The notes under the pieces were generated by a model that did no database searches, had not been told where the DNA came from, and worked only from the letters and a program-made list of their open reading frames with translations. A stretch of 64,000 nt of DNA from Bugula neritina (lineage: Eukaryota; Animalia; Bryozoa): positions 7,049,929 through 7,113,928 of the forward strand of contig OZ037769.1 of assembly GCA_964035545.1 (NCBI GenBank), read 5' to 3'. Below are positions 1 to 11,806 of this stretch, one piece after another. The position numbers were made by a program, and so were the translations under genes. How positions within the stretch are numbered: position 1 is the stretch's first letter; each line of letters opens with the position of its first letter.

Positions 1-3000
1 CAATTTTAAGATCGTGATTCGATGTTGTACCAACTCTGTTATCTGGAGATATCATTGTTACTTCTTTTTCACTGTCGGCTAAAAATTAGATTTTCATATA
101 TAAGACTTTAAAGGAAAATTTAAAGTTAAATATCCTAACCAAATAAACTAATGTATAATATCTGGCTTGTCTAAACTAAGTGCAAGTGCAAAAGACTTGC
201 AAAACTGACATTAAACTATATAAAATTTGAAACCAGGTTTATTTTGCTTAAAAAATTAGATTTAAATGTCTTCTTTTTTGGAACTCAATTTAAATTTGAG
301 ACTACTTTGTTTTACAGACAAAATATTTGTATGGGTTCATTAATTTTCAACAACACCATAAAAATAATTACATGCAGCTGTTATTAAATGGTATATGTTG
401 GGTCTAATGAATCACCAGTCCACCTGTTAAATGCAGCCTAACTCTGAAGAGATTCTTCCTGCACTAGCTAAATGTTCATAACTCTAGTGTTAATAATTAT
501 TACCCAGTAGCCCCTGTAGTGTAATGGTTAATGCGCCAGCTGCAAGCCGGTGGTCTCAGGTTCAAATCTCAGTAGGGCAAAAGTTCACAATAACCATGGT
601 TTTTAAAAGTTAGCTGTTTTTGCATATTATAGAATTTTTATGCAGCATTGTATAATTTAGAGTTTTTTGGCACTCAAAACCAAGATGCGAAAACATAGGT
701 GGATCTTCTTATAGGGGAGTCACAGACCAATATTTGTTACTAAGCTGTAAATAAAAGCTCGAACATTTTAAACTTAGCTGTGAATTCTAACCTTTCATTT
801 GCAAAGTTTCCTGTTCAGAAGCAATTCGTTCTCTAAAGTTCCACATGTGTTCACTGACAACCGGGACAAAAGCAGCTGCAGCTAGAGTTGACCTAAGAGT
901 AAAATACTGAGATCATGCCTACATCTTATATTACATCTTACTAATAAAGGCTCAACATTTAGATATATTTTCGTTGCATGGCTGGTACAAGAAATTTTCG
1001 CAGAGTATAATTGTATGTCGTGAAATTGTATACATACTCGTTCTTTATGATTGAACTTTGTGCAGTTTAGATATAATGGAGTATATTATATAACATAAAA
1101 GTATACCAAATATAGAGTTAGGTGTAATAATGGAAAAATTAGGAAAAGCCTGTGTTCTAGATTAGAAATGTAGCATAAAAAGCTATGTTCTTGTGAGAAT
1201 TTCAACCCACTTCTCACACCAAAATTTAATAATAAAACTAAAGAAGTTAGGCTATCTCAATTTCCCACTACTGCTTCTAAATGCAAATATACAAAAAAAT
1301 AAATTGATCATTATAAACTCAAATATAGCCATTAAGGCAGTAAAGCTTTTGCAAACCAAATCTTACCAAGAGGAAAGTCACACTTACATGATGGTGATTT
1401 CTTCCAGTGCTACGGTGACGCTTTCAGACTCGGCCACCAGTATTTGATCTCCAGCAAGGTCAGTACTACTCGTTTCCATTAATGCGTTATTTAAATCAAT
1501 TTGTTCGTTTGAAAACTTTCCAGTAATTTCATGCTTAGACTCCACATCTTCCGATATAGAATTCCCCTCAATAGATTGTGGATTAAAATTTGAGTTTACT
1601 TTTGACTGTGAGCTTTTCACTGTATGGCCATCTAAAGCTAATAGGAGGTTACTAGAGTCGCTGTTAATATCTAGCCTTTCAACCAAGTCGTCTTCATTCG
1701 ACTGAGTGCAGTTGGTGCAGCTGCAGCTGGGGTCATCGGCAGTTTCGCAACCTTTAGTACAAATACATTTTAGCAGAGGTGTTGTTGGACCCTTTATATT
1801 TTCTATGGCGTTATTTATTTCAGTTTTAGCAACAAGAGAGGCCTGAGCTTCTGGTAAAGAATCACGCAGTGTCTGACTGCACTCTCCGCTTTCAGCTTTA
1901 CAGTTTGCAGCATCTTGAGGTTGTTTCTGAGAAGTCAGAGGTGTGTTTCCTTCTAGCACTGAATCGGATAGGTTCTCATTCTGAGTAGATAGGTTAACAG
2001 AAATGGAAAAGTTTTCAGCTAGCTTTTTAGCAGCCAGTAGTGTCAGGTCACCAAAATCTTCAGCTAAAAAGAGGGTTAAAGTTATACAAGGGAATCTCTG
2101 TATGCAACATTAGTTCAATTTATTAGTTCAAAAATGAAATTTAATCAGTATAAATTTGTTGAAATGCATATATATAAAATAGCAACTTTAAAAGGTAGCA
2201 AATATAGTTGAGTACAGAATTCAAATTATCAAGTTTTGACAACTACTGCGGGATATTTAATGAGAGTATTACTATAACAGGAAACAGCAACTGTTTTTCT
2301 GTAAACTGACATTTGTTTGTGTCAGGCTCATCTTGGATGTCAGATAAAGTGGGGAATCTCAGCTGGTCACAAGTTTCATTCCCATTTGATGTAGGAGCCT
2401 TTACGTCTTCAATAAATCAGATATAACTATACATGACTCACAAGTCATAATTATATGCATGACTCATACATTATAGACGAGTCAAAGGCAATTATGTAAC
2501 AACCTAAAAAGATAAAACTATTTATATTTCTATCAGATTGCCTATGATGCATCTAGCATTTGCAATACAAACCTTTGGTTCAAATGATTTATACCTACAA
2601 ATTTTAGTTCCTAGCGTTAATGAGTTTAAACCAATTTATTACCAAGTAAGAGCTTTATGGCACATTAAGCTGTTGAATAGTCAAGTCATATGTGATATCA
2701 TGCTTTATTATAAACTTGTATCAAACATTTTCTGAAATAAAGCTAAAAGTTTCCAATTAATTCATAATAGTATCATAGTAAGGTCTAGGCTAACTGCAAG
2801 TTATAAGATCATGGCATACATATCTAAGTTTTGATATTTAAACTTCTTAAAAGATTTTAATAGGCTAGAAATATTTGTCTATAAAACAGAATTCATTGAA
2901 CACCTTGACAAAATTAAGCTTTTTTCAAAGTGCTTGATTACCACAACTGATAACTAATAATCACATTTAAAATTTATGTAAAAAACATTGTAATATAATA

Positions 3001-6000
3001 TAATATAAGTCAGGTTGACAGATATTTAAACAAACGAGTAAAAAAATTTAAAACCAAAGTTCAATTAGAATTATGCAACTCCTAGTGTTCCCAGCAGTTT
3101 CTCAAGTTATTAAGCAGAATGTACCAAGTGTCAAAAACTGTTGAAAAATGCCCCAAACCTTGCCACTTTCCTAATGAACCAGAGACAGATTGTTTCAACA
3201 TGGCATATAATATAACAATAGGTGAAAAGTGAGACATACCAGAAGATTTGAGAGGTTTGATGTCACTACCTTCCACATGAACTGTCTCTGTTGTGTCATC
3301 ATTATCTAGGAAATCCATTATAAGTAACACTCACGGCATGTATGCCTTTAATAGGCAACTTAATTTCATGTGCTAATAAAATTTTTGAGTTTTTTAAAAC
3401 ATTTTATATATTTAGTACACAGATAGGCAAATGATTTCCTGGTAATAGATATGATTATATTTTTTCATAAGAGAAAACTCTGAATTTTTATTTAAAAATA
3501 TGCCAACAATGAATAGAAATATTTTGTTAACAATGCTAGAACTTTTTATTTTAGAATAATATAGGAATATAACCAAGTCTAAAAACTCACAAGATAAAAA
3601 TATAAATAGAAGATAAGAAGAGTAATTATAATATCATCAAAATATCACCATGTCATACATAATACCATTACTATATTATAATATTACTACGTACTATAAT
3701 ATAAAACTTTTACTATATTACTCATATATTACTACATTTTTAATATATTACTAACTACTATATCATTTATATTATGTTATATATATATGTTATATTATAT
3801 TATTATATTATATTATATCAATATTATGTCGCCTAAAAAGTAAATATTCTATAATAACTGTAAAGCTCAATGCACTCCCAATATTATGATAAGTGGTATA
3901 TATGTACTTCAATCAGTCTAGTAAAGTCTGCATGTGAAGCAGGAAACTTCTGCACAGGAAGTGGTAGCTGGTAAAGGTGATGAGGAGTAGCCATCAGTCG
4001 CTTTTATAAATGTGGGCAAATTTTTCAGCTTCACACAGAGGTTTTTGGAGTTGCACCACTACCAGCACTAACTGTAGATTTCTCCTTGGAATTCTCATTC
4101 AGTGTTGCTTTAATATAGCCTTGAAAAATATATGAGTATAATATGTATTATACATAATATATATTGTGCTACCAATTTAGTAAATAAACATGTAAGCAAT
4201 CAATTAAAATTTTAAACATACCACCAATTAATACAATATAAATCAAAAGCAATTATATCTTTAGATTATAACTCAATTTTGTCAATTGAAATTGTGTTAC
4301 CAAAGCATAAAAACATTTAAAATCAATTTTTATAGTTTCATAATATTGTTCATTCAACATTCCGAGATAAGAAAATGCATTTTATAGTATTTCTATTTTA
4401 TTGTGATTTAACTGTTGCTACAAAATCTGTTTACTGTTTGGAGAAATTGTAGATGATGTATTTTTAAATTATAGGAGTTGTACAACCACACTGTAGTCCA
4501 CTACACAGTTTGTTCAGCTTGTAGTACAACAATTCATTGAACATCTGACTCATTGATATAAAATGGCGTAGAGAGCCCAGCCTTCATTTATGTGGCCCTC
4601 AAAGGCATAACAAACAAAAGTATTTTGCACACTGTATAGGAATTAGAATGAAAAACCACCTTTTAAATGTCTTTTGCATACACATGCTACAAAACATGCA
4701 GTCTACAGTAATAATTGAGACTTCATTGTGTAATGATTCGTAAAAAATTGGAATAAAGTTATTTAGAAAAAATACTGATGCTGTGGCCGACAGCCCCAGT
4801 CAAATTTTACAAAGTGGCTCTAGCTACTAGAATATTCAATTTCAGTGGCTCTCCCTCTGAAAAGGTTGAACACCTCTGATTTACACCAAGAGTAGAGTTT
4901 TACACAAAAGTTCTTTAATATTATTAAAAAGCTTGAATTTGTTAGCAGCGGTAATACAGAAACCATCTATGTTTAATTTTTTGAAGTATTATAATACCTT
5001 TTGAAAAAACAGATTGCTTAATATAATTTGCGATATCAATTTTTCAGTACAATTAGTGAGACACAAGCTAAACACAGGTCTCTAGTAGTGGAGGTAAGAA
5101 ACACCGACTTTATGAAGTAGCTTCAAGGAGAAATAACTACTAAATCTGACAAAAACACGTCTTTACAACGCTTGACCTAAGGCTACCTTTGTTGATGGCA
5201 ATCTCAGCGGACATCGTCTCCTCTGATGAGGTGTCCACGTAGTCCCCTGTCCTCTGGTCTATTATCCCTTCAGCCACAGCTTCATGGAACTTCAAATTCC
5301 TTCTCTTCCTCTGATCATACACAGCATGTACAGAGTATGTCTTCAGAACTTCTTCATGGATTGTACCTGTAGTGAGAATACTTGGGCTCGAGCATACACT
5401 GTAGTAACTACAGTACACTGTAGTAGCTACAGTACACTGTAGCGGTTACAGTAGACATACATAGTCTAAGTTAAATCAGTCTCACAGACATAAACATGAC
5501 AAGGAAACACAGCTTTATGCCGCATTATATACATTTAAAGGACCCCCTAGTCAATTACATGCCACTACAGAGATGCTACAGAAGGCATAACATACTTTCT
5601 TATTTTGAAACACAATGTATAAACCTCTTAAGCAGATTACTAACTAATAAAAACCACCCCTTTGTAGCTCGCGTTAAACCCCCCCCCCTTACAATTCAGT
5701 TTTGCTCCAACACCATCTGCAATATTAATGGTGCATTAAGTTCAATACATGTATTTAACATGTAAGCTTTAAACAAACATGTTTCCAAATAAATATATGA
5801 ATATGTAATACTTTCTACTATTTCATCAACACTACGCAGCACAGCATTACAACAGCATTGCATCACACTATGTTATAATCATTTACCTTCAGCATTCATA
5901 TCAGACTCTATTTCAACTAGCTCCTTATCCACTGCATCTCCCATCAACATCTTAGTCCCAGAACGTAGGTCTAAGTAAGTGCCATCTGCAATGTTCAGTA

Positions 6001-9000
6001 TACCCTTACGAATTGCCTGCTGTCTGTCTAACATTTCACCAGTGTTGGTATCCATAGCACCTGCAAGTTGTAATGGCAGCTGTCATAAAATATAACATCC
6101 TTTATTCTAAACTATCAACACAAGTGAATATAATGGTTCGATCAGAACAACACAAGTAGAGGTACTACGAAGTACCTGTTTACTTCTATTTACTTTTGAC
6201 TTTCACTACTTTTTGATAAAGTGCTTTGCAGTGTGAAAAGTGCAAAAAGCTTTGTAATCAAAAATATAGTAGAGAAATTACACCAAAATGTGCTTTGTGA
6301 TACTTCTACTTTAAATGAATTTATTTAACAAATTGGACACCAGATGTAACTTTAAGCAACCAAATGAGCTGTAAGTATAAAATCATAAATAAAAGAGCAA
6401 AGATTTAGTGCTTAAGTGAAAAGCACTATTAAGGATTTGTTGCCGAGAAAATGCTTTCGAGAACTGTCTCAGCTAAATTTTGCAAGTCCAGACATGCTTA
6501 GACGCCATAGAAAACAGACACATTCTGATTGGCTGAGCAACACATTTCTCTACCAGACACTGTAGGCACAGATTAACACTTGCAACATTTTCTCCGTTTA
6601 TATTAAATACACAAAATTTGCTGGTACAAAAAAACTTCTGACTTCCAAGTATTGCCACCTGACCATGTATGTCAAAATGAATTAAACCCAATCTTTGTGG
6701 CGGCTGGCATCAAGTGTCATGATCTTGACCTCAGTAGATAAGTCGAGAGACTACACCAGAGAGAAAAAATCACATGAAGACAAACTTTGACCTCACTAGA
6801 CACACCAGAGAGGTCAAGCTTGTCAAGAGCACATTGTGCAAAAGTAGCAGACAACTCCGTGTTAGTCAACAGTCTGAAAGACAGAGCATACCTTGCACAG
6901 TGTATGGCATTGTCTCCCTTGTTGTCCTGATGGTTATAATCCCCACGGAGTTTACTTTCTCTTCAGATTTAGACACCTTAGCATGTCCCATCTAAACAGT
7001 AGGCAATGAAATTATTCCAATGTGATTCAATATATTATTATAACAACATTATAAAATATAACTGTAGCTAAAGCGATACGGTGAAAAACTGTAAAAACTA
7101 TATTGATGAAGTCATTACAAGTTATTCCAAAGTCGACATGAGTTATTTCTTGACTTAGTCACTGTCTTGATTTATCTGAGCGTCAACTTAGCTCTGATGA
7201 ATACATAATAACTAGACACACTAACAATCCTAGGTCACAGTTGACCTTTGTAAGCTGACTTTTGGTCACAGTCAAATCTTTTTGTAAGTTGAATTTTGTA
7301 AATTACCATAAATAATACACGCTGAGGAAATATAATGACTTGACAATTAGTTTCTTAGGACTAGACAAACCTTACATGGCAATTTAACATGAAGAATAAA
7401 ATTATGGCCACAATAGAAAGAAGCTGCTGGACAGCAGGAAAAGCAACAGTGTAGTGTGGAGTTATCACCACTTGGCACCAATGGACTGATGGGACTGAGT
7501 ACTATAGGACCTAAGACTACAAGTTTAGCCTGTAAACTGGAAGGCATAGCTTTCATCTAACAGAAATGTTGCTACTACTAAACGATACTACTAATAGTAT
7601 TCAGGGATAATAAAGGGAGTTTTATAGCGGGAGATTATAGCAGACGTAGTGTCAAGCTTGAGGTATGCAGTTGTTATACTAACACTTTGCTGAAACACAA
7701 AACATTAATTATTAGTGAGCAAAACAAATATTAATAACTTATTACAATAGCTGCATATATTTTAGTGTTTGATAAAATTTACACGAAACAAGAACTTGAC
7801 AATAAAAACCATTCGAGCAAAATAACAAGTCATTACTTTTTTCTTGCTGTGCAGAACATGAGCTAAAGAACTTGTGTAAACTAACTAGGTATATTATTAA
7901 TCACCCTATAGAGTATATCGCATAGACTTAAATTATGAGTGCAGTCCCATAATGCTCCTCAAAAGTTTTTTTTATAGCTAAACTCAACCAACTGTTGTGG
8001 GAAAAGAATCTTAAAATTCATAAAGCTGTGAACTTCTTCAATTAAAACTCAAAGCAGGAAAAGTTGAAAAAAAATCTATTAATATTTATATAACTAATAG
8101 ATAGGGTACCAGAAACCATAGAAGTAGTAATACCTTTACATAGCCTTTGTTCATTGCGTCTACCATGGAAACATATTGCCCGGTTGTACTGTTATAATAC
8201 AGCCCTTGAGCTAAGTCTAAGATGCCGGCAGAGACGGCTTCCTGCATAGACACCACTTCTTCGTCCCATTGGCTATCTGGATTGGTGACCACGCCTACTA
8301 TCATCATAGTAACAGTTTCCTCTACCTGTTACAGTCATGTAGATGCTAAATTCAATCAACTCAAGCCCAGCCTTTTAAAGCAAGAGCTTCAATCTCTAAA
8401 AAAACTTACGAAAGCTTATAGTCACTACCCCTGTGAGAAATCCCTGATGGAAAGGATTTTTTTAAAACAACCAAGGACTTATTCAGATGTGACATTGAAG
8501 GAATTATAACTGGATGCTCTTCCTAACATCACCAATGGCCTTTACTGGAGATCGAACCCAAGACTTCGTTTTTACTAAGCCATGCGCTCCAACCCCTAGA
8601 CTACAGCTGCTCCCTTACAAAAGAGCTCTGTAGCTGCAATCTCTAAGACTATGACTATTAACTTGGGCTAACATTCAAGCAATGTGCTGCTTATGAACAA
8701 GGAAAGACAACTAATAACTTTTTAATAGCTCTCAACTGTGAACTCTAGATACCTCGGTTTCAATGATTTCTTCGGTTTCTGTCATTTGAGTTCTAGAGTA
8801 TTCTATTCCAGTGCTGCTCCCGCTAGATGAGTCCACGGATGCAGTGCTCACTAACTTTTCTAAAATCAAACGGTATTTGAATACCCAAAAGCAAAACAAA
8901 TGGAATATATAATTGATAGACCCCAGCAAATTTCAATGACACATTTTTATTGGAATAGTGAGCAGACGATTTAAACATGTAGTAAGCAATAGTGCACTGA

Positions 9001-11040
9001 GTGTTGTTATATTGCTAATGAACTTGATCAGGTCACATACATATGCCAGAATTTTTACAAGCAAGGATTATATGCATGAACAAAACCGACTCGTCACACA
9101 TATTACATGGAAACAGAATTTTTGAAGGAGGAATATTTGCCAAATCAATAGAGCAGAATTTAATTTCCTCCAATATGACTTATGTCTATGTGTGTTGTTG
9201 CAAACAGAGATTTGCCAATTATTATTTCTACTCCATTGTAGTATATCAAATTAGAATATTAGTATGTATAAATAATAAATGATAATTTCGAAATTTGCCA
9301 TATTATGTCAATTTTTAGAGGGCGAGATGAGCATGCAAATTTTGAAAAAAAATCAAATGTTTGAAAAACTGATTATATTATATAGCCAATTTTACAATTA
9401 CTTTAAAGTTTTTTTTAAAGACGACTCTACCACTTAGCAACATTGGTAACCAATTGAATGCAGTTTTAAAATTCACTAGCTATAAGTGCAACAATGCTTA
9501 ATTAGATACAAATTATCCAATGCAAGCAATTCCATTGCTTGTGTTCCAAAGTATAACACAAGAAAGATTGGCTCACTTCAATTACACCAAACTGGCATGA
9601 TAAAGCTTCGATTGACTTAATACAAAACCTATACAGTCTAGTAATTTTAAAATACAGCAACCGGTAGCAGCTGGGGAAGATAATCCCAATTTCGTTGTAA
9701 ACACTCTGGAAAATAACAGCATATTGGAAAACCCTGCAATAAGGCAAAGAAAAGGCATGAAGTTCTCAAATGCATTACCTGAAGGTTCATTTTCAGCAGA
9801 GCCTGATGTACCCTTGATCTAGAAATACAATATCTTGTTGAATACGTTGGATATATATATAAACTCATAGATGTTCTAAGACTGAAATATTATGTGCCTG
9901 ACTGAGGTAACAGAAATGTTCTAAAAGCGTATTCGGTTTGGTGGTGAATGAGTGCAGTAGTTCGGAATTGGGGGACCTAACTCCAAACTTGAGAGTCCCA
10001 AACTACTGCACTCACTCACCGACAACTCAGAGCTGCTTCTAGAACAATTCGAAGTAATGGGGGTGGGGGGGGGCTGGGAGAAATGCCAACACGGCTGGAG
10101 TATTTTACATTGAGCAGAGCACAAGTGATTCTAGCTTGCAGTCTTCTGTAAGTATGAAATATATATGTTTACAGCATACAACACATCGTCTAGCCTGGCA
10201 TGGAATGACGTGCATTTCATACTGTAGATTTGTCTTCTCATAGTTGGCTGAGCTTTTGAGGAGACCCAAGCATTACTAAAATTAACTGTTAATACGAAGT
10301 GGGAGGATTCACAAACTTTCATTCTCAAGCCCAAAGTAAAACTTCTTATTAATGTCTTACACAATAAATTTGTGAATTCCACAATTCATGGTAGTACCAC
10401 TATTAGATTACTGTACCAGAACCAGGAATAGTTAGAGAGCAGCAACCTACTCTATAAACTACTCTATAAACTAAAATCTAATGAATTACATAAGTGGATG
10501 TCTACTACAGAAGCTAACAATATTTCACCTGTTCTGTAGGTGCACCTGGTGTAGTGTGATAGAGTGCTTTTCCACCATCTTTGATTAGGCTGGTCTCATC
10601 AGCTAGATTATCAGTAACAATGTGAGTATTCTTAACTATTTAGTGTCTAGATTCATAGTATAAGTATAAACTCAGCATGCAAGTAAAACAGCAATAGTTC
10701 TATGACAAACTAGACTGTTGACATACAGTCCCAAGCACTTTTTACAGGTTGTCTAATGATTGATTTTGTTTAAAACATCGAAGAATCAAACTTTTTAGAG
10801 GGTTATTAAAAAAATTCTCGTGTTGCTAAAATGCCTGCTCAAACTACAGCTTCTCTGGATTGAACAAAGGAAATCTCTCCATGATTAAGACACTTCTAAC
10901 ATTCATCTGTGATTCAACATACATGCTGATCTAGACTGTTGAACCCATGGGCCAGAGGAAGATGGAACAAGCTGATCAGAAACTGTCTCATTTGTAAGTT
11001 TAGTTCTGGAGTTGCCAAGTGCTGACTCGCCATCCATCAT
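1..11040 (-). CDS. Plectin-repeat (PLEC/plakin-repeat-like) protein, multi-exon, 3' part continues beyond the left edge
   Basis: Phase-compatible GT-AG exons: 11040-10923 (MMDGESALG), 10635-10529, 9818-9779, 8859-8753, 8325-8134, 6991-6892, 6060-5887, 5366-5187, 4119-4063, 3305-3240, 2406-2311 (less certain), 2063-1388, 892-792, 78-<1. Three exons carry plectin-repeat-like motifs: SMQEAVSAGILDLAQGLYYNSTTGQYVSMVDAMNKGYV, QQAIRKGILNIADGTYLDLRSGTKMLMGDAVDKELV, FHEAVAEGIIDQRTGDYVDTSSEETMSAEIAINKGYI. Confidence 0.72.
509..580 (+). mobile_element. tRNA-like head (SINE family B or tRNA pseudogene)
   Basis: GCCCCTGTAGTGTAATGGTTAATGCGCCAGCTGCAAGCCGGTGGTCTCAGGTTCAAATCTCAGTAGGGCA has A-box and B-box (GGTTCAAAT) motifs but mispaired acceptor and T stems; related copies at about 62250-62310 and 62460-62550. 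Confidence 0.55.
1121..1283 (+). repeat. Dispersed repeat fragment, second copy at about 48070-48230
   Basis: Shared blocks AAAAGCC..TTCTAGATT..AAATGTAGCA, CCAAAATTTAATAAT and TTAGGCTATCTCAATTT..CCACTACTGCTTCTAAATG in both places. Confidence 0.75.
5396..5452. repeat. 19-bp tandem repeat x3 with near-palindromic unit (ACTGTAGTAACTACAGT)
   Basis: cactgtagtaactacagta / cactgtagtagctacagta / cactgtagcggttacagta, about 28 nt from the acceptor at 5367. Confidence 0.8.
8416..8613 (-). mobile_element. tRNA-derived SINE, family A
   Basis: Reverse complement of the head GGAGCAGCTGTAGTCTAGGGG...GGGTTCGATCTCC and the body TAAAGGCCATTGGTGATGTTAGGAAGAGCATCCAGT shared with the copies at 15142, 42935 and 54014. 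Confidence 0.85.
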
Positions 11041-11806
11041 ATTGCCTGCAACACCAGGGATCAGCTTAGATAAGATCTACAGCTACGATTTGCACCAACC
11101 AAGATGAGCAACTCTTTAGCACTGGAATTGGGAAATATTGCAAGGAACTGTATGGAGAAATCATTCAAATACTCACCAATTCTTCTTTAAAAGTAGGAGT
11201 CTTCATAAAGCAATGGTTGAAGCAGAGCACTTTCAGCTCAGGTGATTTCATGACTCATAACAAGCAATGCAATGGCAGCCATCAGCACCCAAACAGTTTT
11301 CTGTTAGGCACAACAGACAGAACATGCCAAGAGGTCTTATTGCATTATTATTAAGCCAGGCAATGCATTGAAGAAGCAACTTTATAATGTTGAGTTTTAG
11401 TGAACTTGGTGCCAGCTAGTAAAACTACCAAAGCAACTAACTACATTAGGGTTGGTTTAACTGTTCTATATAATATATATAGTAATTAAAAGGCAGTTTG
11501 TTAACAGGTTTCACACAGTTTATTGTAAGTAAGGCATTATTACAGTATGAAAAGGAGTTTCATAGACTGTCAAGGCAATACAATACTCTCACGAACAATT
11601 AATAAATGTAAGGCACTGTGCAGGTGTGCTAGTAAAGTAACAGCTTCACTATAAGAAGTACATTAGCCATAAACAGTTCACAAATAGTAGTAGCTTTGTT
11701 GTAGCAGCAGCAGCAGGTGGTGTGGTAGTAGTAGTGGCAGGAGAGGAACTCCTAACATACTGTAGCAACACAAACATACAGAGCTGTGAGTGTAACCAGT
11801 TAATAT

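Noticed and set aside
509-580. Functional tRNA-Cys gene
   Set aside because: Acceptor and T-arm stems are mispaired and related degenerate copies exist elsewhere; better explained as a SINE head or pseudogene.
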